Shown here piece after piece: positions 33,498 to 45,159 of a stretch of DNA of 64,000 nt. Numbering within the stretch: the first letter of the stretch is position 1; every line of letters begins with the position of its first letter. Made by a program: the position numbers and the translations under genes. A model generated the notes under the pieces. The model was not told the origin of the DNA. It did not search any database and was given only the letters and a program-made list of their open reading frames with translations. This stretch comes from Lepidodermella squamata (lineage: Eukaryota > Animalia > Gastrotricha). The stretch covers positions 2,046,001 through 2,110,000 of the forward strand of contig JBLDXI010000010.1 in the NCBI GenBank assembly GCA_047495785.1, in the 5' to 3' direction.

Positions 33498-33816
33498 TTA
33501 TTTGGAATGGTTTTTGAGGGCCTTCGCGACGAGGGCCTCGACATAACCTTTCAGTTCGATTTTAATATCATTTATGATTTCGTCTTTAATGGTCTGGAAG
33601 CATTCGTAGCCCTCCATTATATTTTCGTCGCCAGCTGAGCGTATTGACTCGAGGGCCTGGTCCAGCTCGTACTCCACCGCCGATGCCACGCGCTCCTCCG
33701 CCTAAAGAGACATAATTTTTATTACAATTTATATAGCAATACAAAGCTACCTGCTGCAAAATAGGTTCAATCGCTTCTTCCGCGCTCATTTTCTTGGCCT
33801 GTCGGTTATACATCAT
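33498..33816 (-). CDS. Small acidic helical protein of unknown function inside the EnSpm element (2 exons, ~89 aa)
   Basis: MMYNRQAKKMSAEEAIEPILQQ|AEERVASAVEYELDQALESIRS...ALKNHSK*, joined by a short phase-0 GT-AG intron; AATAAA downstream. Confidence 0.6.
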
Positions 33817-34306
33817 GTTGCTGAGGTAAGGGAGCTTTCGCTTTCTCTGAAATTCCGAATTTTCCTAGATTCGAATTCAACTTATTATATGCACATAGAA
33901 GAAAATAAATGACCGACCTTATTCTCCATGCGTGAAAATTAGTTTTCAAATTATTCAACGTCTATACAAATTAATAATAAATTGGTAATTAAAAATGGAA
34001 TAAAACAGTGGCTTGGGTGAATGTCGCCAGCAGTAGGTGGGAAAACCGTTATGAAAATCAATCGCGGGCGGCGAGTATCCTGATAGAATTGGAAATTCGT
34101 AAAATCGATAATATTGGCCCAGAATGCTATAGAGATTGGCAGACCGAAACCAGGTCAAGAGTAAGGAAAATTAGGACTGGAGTATAACTGCAAGAAGATA
34201 ATATACACATTTTCCCGAGAAAAGCGATCTGATGAGCGAAAAATAATTACATGAAGCGATAGACTCCAGTTGATTGTAGACAATTTTCGAAAATTTGTAC
34301 AATGAA

Positions 34307-36837
34307 TCAAGTGAACGATTCTTTCAAAGTATCAGGAATTATATAAAGCTTATTGTCACCAATAGACGCTACAACACATTCATGCTTTATGTCTTGAGGA
34401 ATTCGACTGAAGGAAAAAAATTCATGAGGAGCCACATCGGAAGAGCAAAAAAAATGGGTCCCGGGCACAGGTTCTGCATTTGAATAGCAGGAATAAGCGC
34501 AATAAACTTGGTCAGATTCGGGCAAAAAAAAGAAAAATTCAACCCTTCCGAAATCATTTGAATTAAAAAGCAAAACTGCTGAGCTATCGATTGGACCAGA
34601 CGGGATATCGCAGGTGTCGAAAACGTTTTCGACGGCGGTTAATTCGATATTGAACTTTTCGTAGAAATCGATCTGCTCCGAAATAGCTAGATTGTACGCT
34701 GCTTTCGGCGAGCATAACAAGGCACAGCCAACCTTGGTAGATTTCTTGCGATAAGGCTTTCCGTCGGTAAGATTGGTAAAAAAATCAGCAGCGTCTTCAG
34801 TCGAAAATTGATAATTTGCTTTCAGCAAGGCTTCTCTCAATAGAATTCGAGTTGCAATTTGTAAATAGGGCTTGTTTGGTCCGGTAACCAGCCTCGCAAT
34901 TTGGCCATAAAAAGTCTCGGATCCCGTAGCAGTGTACTTATACAGCGGTCCATGCCTCCTCAGACTTTTTGAGATATGGCAGAGCTCGTGAAATTTTCGC
35001 GTTAAAAACCCAACTCCGAAGTAGACGCCGAAGGAAGCGATGAATTTGCAGAACATGTCCTCAATTTCCTCCGGGGTGAAGCCATTGAAGTCATCACAAT
35101 TTGCTGAGTACTGCGCGAGTGAGAGCAGGTCGAAATTTTCAATGTAATGAGATGGAATTTTGGCCAACCGAAGTAACAAAGATCCTGAAAATTGTTGAAA
35201 GAATCGATAATTCCCAGCATTCCAATGATTTTCGTAATTGATTAAAGAAGCTGGCCCTCGTTTACGATAGCGATGGGGCAAGTAGATAAATTGAAGTTTA
35301 TCTTGCAGTTTCCGAATTTCAACCTCCGAACCGAGGAAGTAAAGTGGCTTGAGCCGCGATTTGGTTGTGAATAGCTGTACAAAAATTTTAGACGGGCCAT
35401 ACACTAACAGATGCATCTCTTCAATGGCTCCATCCAAAGTGAAGTCAAATTCACGCATTCGGGCTAATTGTGGCAGATCCGAAAGATGATACGGTGGGTT
35501 CGAATTAGAGACAGTTTTACCGGTAGCAATTGCTGTTTTGAAATTTTCCATCACCTCATCGTGAGTTCGATCATCGCCTTTTTGCAAGTAGATAACCGTT
35601 CTGTCATTTTCGCTGTACGATGAATTTGGTATAGACGAACGCGTAACTCCCTCTTCTTTGCAGTAGCGGCAGGCGCAAGTTCCTGATTGTTTAGTACATG
35701 TCGCTTTGCACCAAGCAGGAATATCCATAATTGCTGGACGAACCGCACTTACGAGGTTTTTATCCATAAGCTTGTTCATTTCGTCGACAAACGGGCCGAA
35801 AATAACGTCCTCTGTCGGAGTACAGGCTCCAAACCAAACGGATCTGACAAATTTCATCATCGTTCCGTAAACGCCAACAAACAAAATCCACATGGATTTC
35901 GAGGACGTTTCAAAAACCTGAATGCCGTCGTAAGCAAAGTAGAGTAAAGGAGGTAATCGAGGAATTCGAAACGACGCATTGCGAAGAGCTTCTAAAAGGC
36001 GATCAGTAATAGGGATGTGAACAACATATCCGACTGATTCGATAAATTGCGAGCCTTTCTTCTCTCTACAGGTAACTTCTAAAGTCTCGAAGGCATCGCT
36101 TTTGCAAACTAGATTGCTACTAATGTATTTTTCCAGGTAATGATTGGTTTTGGGCATCTCGTTGGGCTCAGGTAGCAACAAATGAATCAGCGCAGCAATA
36201 TCCTGACGAGCTTCATTCGTAATTTTATGCCTTAAGCATAGTGCAAATAGCAACTGAAGAGCATCATCAATGCTGTGCGGGCTGTTGGCAAATAAGGGAA
36301 CTCCTGTAAAACTTCAAATTAAACCCTTCCAACAAAACAAAATGAAGAAACTAACCATTAGGGGAAAACGAAGATCCAGAATTTTCAGGTTCTGGACTTG
36401 AAATATATTCCTTCAGGGTTTTCCAGCCTGAGCAAGTAACAACTTCACCCTCGGTCAAAGGAATCTCGACTTCGGGGGGAACCTAAATTCAGTTTCAGTT
36501 AACCGCAATGAGGAGAAATGAAGGGAAATAAAGTTTACACTTGACGATAAATCCGAAAGGGAAGCTGAGGAACAGTTGAAGGGGTCATCTGCTGGACTGA
36601 GGATGGGAGAATCAGTGGAAATAGCCTCAGACACAATAGAATTCCCATAAGGGATTTTCTAAACAAAGTAATCTTTAAGGTTGATTATTGTGTAATGTTC
36701 GAACTTACAATAATTAAATTGCCGCTGAGTGGCGGGATCAAACACCGTCTTTCGGGATGAGGCAACTGACCGGCATCGATGCGGGCAATTTTATTTTGCA
36801 AATATGACCTGTTGTTTCTCGATATACCTTCCGACAT
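34307..36837 (-). CDS. EnSpm/CACTA-type transposase, 4 exons (36837-36709, 36658-36539, ~36482-36356, ~36304-34307)
   Basis: YDGIQVFETSSKSMW, VWFG, DIPAW...CACRYC, EEMHLLVYG, WNAGNYR and FHELCHI...HGPL...SETFYG are typical CMC transposase motifs. The spliced frame is uninterrupted. Confidence 0.88.
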
Positions 36838-37679
36838 GACAGATTATGGCTGGTGAAAACCACGCCTCAAGATTCAAAAATCAACTAGATCAACAACTAG
36901 AAAACTAGAAAACAAAACACATGCGTTAACTGAAAAGAAATTCGAAAGGTTCATAACGGAAATTAGGTCAGAAATATGAGGAAAGAGGAAATAAATCAAA
37001 TAAAAAGCATGGCATAACCGAGAAAATCGGCAATATAATGAAATACGTAGATAGTAATTTCGCCACGAGGCAAATATCGCAAGGTCCAACGGTGGAATAC
37101 TGCTACAGCCTACAGCCCTTTGCTCCATGAAACTCAGCGCATAGGCCGCAAAGGCCGCGTCGTCAGGGACGCAAAATTAAAATTTGTTCACACATATAAT
37201 TCTGTTTGTATAAATTGAATTTAAAACTTTCAATTTTAAATTCTTTATTTTTTTAATAATTTAATTAGCGTATAAGGCGCGTGTTTCGAAAATTTGAATT
37301 CTTCTTCGTCAACCGTTGTTTGTTGTTGCTGTTACGTCGCTGTATTGCTGTTATCAGCAATGGTACCCGGGTTCATTGCGGCTCTAATCTCTAATCTTCT
37401 GCGCTGTTTTACTGTAGCCGATTTATTGCCAATTTAATAGGTAAGTCTGATTAGCATTGCCGGCTTGATGACGTTATACCGTCACCAATTTAAACGTTTG
37501 CTGTGGTCTGCTATCAATTTTGACGTTTGTTGGACTCTGTTGTTGAACCTGACCTGCATGGTAGCCCTCGTCTAACCTTTTTCCGTTCCCGCCAACCGCG
37601 AAAAGGGTCATAATATTTCTGGTCAGTTTGTCGGTTTTAATTTTGGCGAGCATCACTGTTCTGTTTTGTAATCTTTCAT

Positions 37680-39197
37680 ATGGCCGTGTGCAAAATCACC
37701 GACAACGAGTGGGAGGCTGGAGAAATGTATGCCATCGTAGAGTATGTCGGCAAGTCTGGCAACATCACCAGCTCCGACATACTCTGTTTCTCCAGCCTGT
37801 ACTTGAAGCATCGACAATGCCCGAAAGCGGGTGAGAAAACCGTTGCCCTCTACAACGGCAAGCGGTACGATGTCATTGTTAAGAAAACTGGACGTGAGTT
37901 GTGTAATTAGTTTGCAGCTTTTTTTCTTTAATTCAATTTCACGTTCAGATTCGAAAGAGGAGCTGGAGTCCTACATGCCTCCCCAACCAACGCGTAGGGG
38001 GCGTACCCGCACGATCTCGAACGCCAGCCAAGACCCACCAACGCCTAAAAAGACGATTGAACAGAAAATCGTGAAAGTGTGTTTTTTCATTAATTTTCCT
38101 CTTATAACACTCAATGGGATGTTGCATAGGTCGGAAAGAAGTCTGCTGCGTCTACGTCAACGAAGCAATCGAAGCCTTCGACCTCTTGGCTGTTGGCAAA
38201 CGCGCCTGCGATCAACACTCCATCCATCACCAACACTCAGCCCAACAACAACACTCAGCCCATCACTAGCATTCAACCCAACAACAACACTCAGCCCATC
38301 AGCAACACACCACCCGCTACAACCACGCAAACCATGTTCAACACCATCACAATGAACGACTCGTTAGTAGCCATCGAGCCTAGTCTTTACTCTGACAGCC
38401 AGGAACAAGCTCCACAGCTAATTGTTGGCGGCGACTACGCCGCTATTCCAGTGTACCAATTTGAACAAAAATTCGATGAAATGAATCGAAAAATCGATGC
38501 AATGACAGCAGGTTGGTGATAGATACCATTTTTAGTAGAAAGCATGCTTCCTCTTTATCGATTCATTTCTTTGCAATGTCAACATGCTGTCACTTGATAT
38601 TGTTTTTATTTCGCAGTCATCGCGGGTCTCAACGCTCAGGTAAGTGGACTCACGGCGCTGTTGGAGAAAAATTGTGTTTTGGGCGTCACTTCCCACGACC
38701 GAGCCCATTTCGGGCTGGTTCAACTGGCCAGCGGTTCCAGCAAGGCAGCAACAATGATGATGCGAAAGCTCATTATTGAGAACTTCACCTTGGTGGAAAT
38801 TCTGAATGGAGGTCGATCGTCTCGCTGTGTTAAATCGAACTTAACGCCTCTAGATCCAACGCGGCTGATGCAGTGCTTAGGTGTGTTTTTAGTAACGGGA
38901 ATTTTTTGAAATTTTCTATTCCTTATATTACTAGGATTGGTGCGTCAAACCTACCCGGACGTGCCCGAGGCCAGCCTGCTCAACGCTTGCACCGCTTATT
39001 TGCGAGATAGACGCAAACAATACAAGGACGGCAAAATCGTCCTGACAGCGGCTGACCTCGAGGAGCTGCGCCGTCTGGAAGCGCCCTCTTCTCTGCCACC
39101 TGCATCAGCCGCCGAGGCTTCAAGCAGCCAGCCGATTGATCCTCCATTCAGCCACCAAGGTGAAGCTGTCAGCAATGCGGATCCGCTGGACAGTTGA
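37680..39197 (+). CDS. BEN-domain accessory protein of the EnSpm element (5 exons), divergently transcribed from the transposase
   Basis: In-phase GT-AG introns join five ORF pieces. A low-complexity linker and coiled coil precede the BEN-like MRKLIIENFTLVEI...LDPTRL...LVRQTYP...ACTAYLRDRRK. Confidence 0.75.
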
Positions 39198-40341
39198 ATC
39201 AACCAATTTTCTCCGGCAACGTCGTGTTCGAATCTTTTTTCTGTCATCTTTTGTATTATTTTTTTCTTCCTGCTATTTGTGATTTTATGTCGTTTTTGTC
39301 TGTGTCATTTATTGTCCTATTTGTCATTATTCTTCCGTTTTCTTTTATTGCGGTCTTATCCGAATAAAAATGAATTGAGGTTTGAAAATTGTGTTTATTT
39401 TGTCTCAAAGAGTAAGGAGCCGAGGTAGATGCGAACAGGTGATCGTAATCAGGAATAAGATCTCAAATTATCATGATCGCAAGTGAGAATTCATAGCTAC
39501 GACGCACGTGCTGTTTGATGCCATTTTATGATCGCAAGTGAGATCTCACTTTCAGCGCGCATGCGCGGTCGCGATAAATTGTTATATTGCTACGTGCGTT
39601 CGCATGATTTTATGGTAGCCCAAATCCACATGCGCTCGCATCTTCAGTGAGAATTTCAAATTTATCAGTGAGAATCATGAAAAATTTCTATCCGGGCATT
39701 TATAGCAATTACCGATACAATCCAAAAACGATAATACTTTATGGAAACGGTGAAGAGCTAAAACCTCGGGTTTATTTCATGGGCATTTGTGTTTGTGGAG
39801 TGGTTGGGCCGTAGATTTCCACATATCTGAGCAAGAGAGAACAAATCACATTTAAAATAGTAGGATATGATGATATGATTATAAATAATCATTTTTATTA
39901 CCCCATGCAGTCAGGTTGCCCTTTTTATGGCCAGACTTCGTCGTAGTGGACTTCGTTACACCTTGAGATAGAGGGAACGAATCAGCTTTAATTATTGGTA
40001 AAGACGAAAGCTTAATAGGTACCATCCGATAAGACAACTGCAACAGCAGCTGCAGCAGCCATGAAGACGAGACCGAGTTTTGCGAACATGGTGACTTCTC
40101 AGCAGTATGTAAACTTCAGTAGAGTGAGAAAATTAACGCTAATGACAGAAAAACGGCATATTGGCACCTGAAGCCGACTGTTATTGTTGATATCGATAGA
40201 ATGTTCGCATATCAGCTGCGCCTCGTGACTATGCTGACGTCGTCACTGCCGGTGAGCTTCGCGGTTCAAGGCACCGATACCGCGGTGTTTTCAATCAGCT
40301 GCTCATCGCCATGCCAATGTCACGAACCAGTGAGAAATTTA

Positions 40342-40699
40342 GGGTGTGACTTTTTCCATCCGACCAATGTCTTTTTTATCCGACCAATGTCTTATTTCAT
40401 CCGACAGCCAAAAATGTGACTAAAATCATCCGACATGAAAATATCGATTTTTTCGTATTTCCCGAGTTCGATTTGTACGTAGGAAAGTACCCCTTTAATG
40501 CACCCTAATTTGGCCCCTGAACCGGCAGAATTTAATGGGGAAAGATTAATGACGATCCGAGTTGTCACTTTTTTACTGTAATTTTTTGAAAATATGAAAA
40601 AGCAAGTCGGATGATTTTAGTCAAATTTTTGGTTGTCGGATGAAATAAGACATTGGTCGGATAAAAAAAGACTTTGGTCGGATGAAAAAAGTTTTCCCC
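40342..40699. mobile_element. Mutator-like (GGG-terminal) MITE, 358 bp
   Basis: TIRs of about 90 bp built of ATCCGAC/GTCGGAT repeats; 8-bp TSD GAAATTTA; the paralogous site at ~30000 is empty. Confidence 0.8.
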
Positions 40700-41839
40700 G
40701 AAATTTAATCAATCAAAAAGCAAAATGGCCAATTTCAACCAATTTTTTCAGGACAATGTTGCGATCTGATGACGTCTGTGTGACAAAACTTGACACCATG
40801 CTATCTCGTCAAATAAAACCGATAAAAATATGCGAATTTTTCGCATAATTAATACCCGTCATTATTAACAACGCAAAAAACACCTCAATTAATAAAAAAT
40901 CGCTGAATTTTTGACATTTTATTACTTTGCAGTATCGTTTCATTGTTATATACGCAATGTCACTGTGAGATTTTTTCCGAAAAAATTGAAGACAAAAAAA
41001 TTGTTGCAGATATAATAATAATAAGAATAATAATAACGTTATAACAAAGTTGACGGTCGAAACAATAATTTGTTTAGTAATAAGCACGCAGAAAATTAAG
41101 ATGGAGATGCGATCTCAAGTCACAACATTATTCGGCCAATAAAAAGACATTCACACGCGTTGTAAAAGGATGATTCATCGTTATTATGTTATAACACATC
41201 ATAATACCGTATTATTAAGTAGTTGCTATAATACCGCATCAAACAAAACACAGCGTGCTGTTATAATACCAGGTATTTTTTCTAGAAAAAAAACATTCAA
41301 CTATATTTTCTAATATTTATCGAGAATAAAAATTCGAGAGAAGGAGATTTCAAGGCGTTGATTGCAGTGCGGTTGTAAAAGGCGATTAATCGAGATTTTC
41401 ATTTTGATTACAAATTATCGGCCAGATCAGAGAAAAGCGAAAAAAAATTACCCTCATCGAATTATGGAGTAATAATTTTCTCACGTAAAATTGCCATAGA
41501 AATGCGCTAATTCAAAGCGAATTTCCCACATCCGTCGGAAAATTATTTACAAAGAAAAGACTTTTCAATAATTTAAGGTGATGAATTCAATATCTTTATT
41601 CGCAGAGTGAGAAGAACTTTCATTTGAAATTTGGAAAAAATCTTTACAAATTCGAAATTTTTTCGACTTCTCACTCCATGATTTCAATTTTTCAAGGGAA
41701 ATTATTTGAGAGATGATTGGAATATTTCCCTTGAAAAATCGATTTTTTTTTTAGCGAATTTGTGAAATTATTCAATAATTATATTTATAGCCGACGATTA
41801 ATTGAGATTATTTTGTTATATTACGTAATAATTGGTACA

Positions 41840-44239
41840 CTACCACCACGGCCGCGTTTGCGCCGAAGCAGCGAGGGCTTGTTGCGTTTTCAGCAAGTGC
41901 GCCGCCGTAGCCATGGCGGCGGACGAGGGCGCGTTGCCGTAGAGCGAGCCGGCCATGCACGCGTTGGCGGCCGCGTTCGCGTACTGCTGTGCGGCCGAGG
42001 CGTTGGGCGTCGACGAGAGCGCGGCGCCGTAGCCGGCCGCCGCTGCTTGGTACGCCGACGCGCCGACGGAGAAGTGGGAGCCGAAGCCGGACGACGCGAA
42101 CGGATTGCCCGCAAACGGGTTAAGAGCAGCCGAGAAATCCTAGAAAATATAAAAAAAATAATTAGAAAATTTTTTGAAAAATAATTAAGGAAGGCGACAT
42201 AAAATTTGAATATTCAAATGACCTAATTATTCAACAAATTCTCAAAATCCGAATTTCGGTTGTAGATTAGGAAATTTGAACCTTGTCGAACCTTTACTAT
42301 GACTGTTCCAAGTTCACGTCCTAATTTTCGGGTTCCAGCACTAGAATTTTCAAAAATTTTATGGGGCTTCTACTTTCTTGTTCTTCTTTAATTTTTACTA
42401 GGACGCATAAAGTTGGGGGAACTGAAAATTTTTAAAACACAAAGTCACGAAAATTTGAAGCTAAAAAGGCTCAAATCTGGCACTGGAACGTTAAATGGGC
42501 AGAAAGCTATAATGGTTATGTTGTTAAAAATCAAGCAAAGCAATAAAAAATACTCGACAATTCAGAATTTTTCGAATTGATAGTATAACGTGAAATTAAA
42601 AAAAATTTGAAAAAATTAAAATTAAAATTAAAATCAATTGAAATTTAGGGAAATTCAAATGAAATTCGCTGTAATTAATTTTTGAAAATTTCAAATCGAA
42701 ATTCAACAAATTTTTGAATTTTGAAATTTTTGAAAATTTTTAAAATTGTTTAAAACAATGTTGGTAAAAAAATGAAAAATAGGCCGAACGTACATCTTGT
42801 CCCTTTTGCCCGCAAGACGGTAGTCCTAGCGAATGAGCAAGACCAGCCGCCGCCGCAGCCGCCGCCATACTTGACCCCATCGACTTGCCGTCACGCACCA
42901 GCACCGGAACGGCGACCCTGCGCGGCGACGGCAGCGGTGCCAAGTCGAGGCCCTTCTCCTGGCGCGCCTTCTTTAACTTGTAGCGATGGTTCTGAAACCA
43001 GATCTTCACCTGCGTCGGCGTCAGGTTGATAATCGACGCGAGGTGCTCCCGCTCGGGCGCCGACAGGTACCGCTGTTGTCGGAACCGCCGCTCCAGTTCA
43101 TAAGTCTGCGACTTGGTAAACAAAACTCGCCGCTTTCTCTTTAATATTGAATCGAAAAACAAACAATCAGTATAGGAATTAAAGGATTAGCAATTGTTGA
43201 CTCACCTTTTTCGGCGCGTCGCCAGACCCAGGTTTGTTCTGGTCACCCTCCTCGCCCGTCTTCGACTCATCATCCGAGCCGCTCATCAGCTCGTCATCAT
43301 CGTCCAGCATATCATCATCCGCGTCCTTATTATTCGCCGCCTTATTTTTATGGCCACCCTCTGTGCTGTTATCTAAGGACGAGGCGCCGCTGACTGGGGT
43401 CGCTTGCTGTTGGCCCTGTGCCAAATGCTGGCCGAGAAAGTTGTTTGGCCCTGAAAACGCGTCCGAGCCTGACGTTGGCGTTGACGCGGCGCCGAAACCA
43501 CCGAGGCGTGACGAGCCGTTCGACGAGGCCGAAGATGATTTATTGCCGTTTCCGGTGGCTGTCGACGCTGAGACGGGCGACAGGTAGCAGCTGGGCGTGG
43601 TTTGCTGCGGGGTCGCATCGAAACCAGTCGCGGTTCCGAATTGGTACCCGGCGGCCGCGGATGAGCCGAAATTTGCGGTACCAGCCGGGGATTGGTAAAA
43701 TGACGACAAATCTATAGGAAAATTAGAAGGATTAAAATATGATCTATGAATTTTTCAGAATATTTTGAAATACAATTTTAATGTAAATTCGAAAAATTTC
43801 AGGATTTTTCAAATTTGGTCATTAATTTTGAAATGTATTTTTTTTTTAATTTCCTCAACCGAAAAAAGTTTAAAGTGAAACGGCCGTTTATCAAACTTGA
43901 TGGTGAGATAAACCGGAGGTCGAAATTTTCCAGCAAAAATTTTTCTTGCTTGCCTTGTGAGCCGTTGAAGAGCGCTTTCGACATGACATCCTGAACGAAA
44001 TCGGAATGGCCGAAACCGGCCAGGATGTTTCGCATCGAGAAGTTGTTGTTATTGCCGCTCGTCACGTTTGATTGCTGTTGGCTGGGCGCTTTCACCTGCA
44101 CGCTCGAACTGCCGCTGCCTGGCGACGCCGCGTTGGCCGAGGCGGCGGCCGAAACCGCGGCCAGGGCGGACGAGGCGCTGATGAACGGCGCCTGGTTAGC
44201 GCCGAATATGTTGAAATTGCTTTGCAATTGGTCCATCAT
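41840..44239 (-). CDS. Nkx2-2: NK2.2 / vnd homeobox transcription factor, 4 coding exons (44239-43954, 43711-43206, 43138-42794, 42139-41840)
   Basis: TN/eh1 motif FSMRNIL; homeodomain KK|[57 protein letters not shown]; NK2-specific domain [18 protein letters not shown]; C-terminal RPWW*. Confidence 0.95.
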
Positions 44240-45159
44240 CTCGCTGGTTTTGATAACCGTTGATTAAACTGTCTAACTCAAAAATGGAAGAAATTAATCA
44301 TGAAAAGCAGAGAAAGTTCGTGTAATTTTAAAATTAGCAGGATTATCGGGAAAATAAAATCTACTCCCGGCAGGTGGAAAATCTGGGAAATATGACCGCT
44401 AGATGAGGCTCTTTGATCGCAAGTTGATCAATGCTAATCAAAACGAGACTTATCCCGGATCACTAACAGGGACAATCAAAATCAGGTCAAAATTAGGTCT
44501 GATATTAGGATAACGAAGCCAATTCGTCCCTTCAAATTGAAGAGGAGTGAAAATTGTGGTTCCTATTTGAATAAAGAATACTCCTCATATTCGCATTGCT
44601 TTTCTGCCTTTTCTTCCTTTTCTGCCATCACGCAAATTCGGAAAAACAGGAAAATCCAAAATAACATTCTAGACTAGGATCAAACTGGGATCAATCTCGA
44701 ATCATATCTAGATTAAACTTCGATCAAACGAGGTCTTCTAAATTGATGATTTCTCTCATTTCCACATTCCTATGTTGAAAGATCATATTGGTATAAAAAA
44801 TTGATCCAAGTTTGATCTCGACGGCGCTTGCTTTTGGGAAGAAAGCACAACTCCGAATGGGAGAAATCACAGCGCGATCAAACTCGGATCAATAATTATT
44901 GAAGATAGCAATAATAGAAGTTACGTAAAAAATTATTCATGTGGAATGAATAATTAGGTGAGTATAGCGGCGGCTTATCTCTTCTTCACCAAGTAGGTAA
45001 GTGAGTTTTATTCCGCTTGATTAGCAAGAGAGCGCGCGCTCTAGATACATACTAGTTGTAGGGTGACACGAAAATTTATTGGAGCTGATACCTCGTTATT
45101 AATAAAAGTGGAGTGGAGTGGAATGATGATTTTGAAGAAAATCTCGAGCCCTCTCGTAG

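Larger units (their letters stand above)
32931..39696. mobile_element. Full-length EnSpm/CACTA (CMC superfamily) DNA transposon, 6766 bp
   Basis: Perfect 16-bp TIR CCCGGATAGAAATTTT / AAAATTTCTATCCGGG; 2-bp TSD CA confirmed by restoration of the host reading frame; subterminal repeats; transposase and BEN-domain genes inside. Confidence 0.92.
32769..40089 (-). pseudogene. Secreted 8-Cys peptide, copy 3; inactivated by a premature TGA (39777-39779) and an EnSpm insertion
   Basis: Signal exon starts at 40089. Removing 32931-39696 plus one CA restores DCIGNCYK|WAYTKCEIVHGIKSPMVPYCVLLFSCDRTYFSSGKKCVCF... in frame. CP* aligns with CPW of copy 2. Confidence 0.85.

Noticed and set aside
39777-39779. 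In-frame TGA as selenocysteine or readthrough in peptide copy 3
   Set aside because: It aligns with Trp (TGG) or Phe in the paralogs, not Cys, and the gene is also transposon-disrupted; a simple nonsense mutation.
41762-44267. Several plus-strand and alternative-frame GC-rich ORFs
   Set aside because: They are shadows of the Ala/Ser/Gly-rich Nkx2.2 exons.
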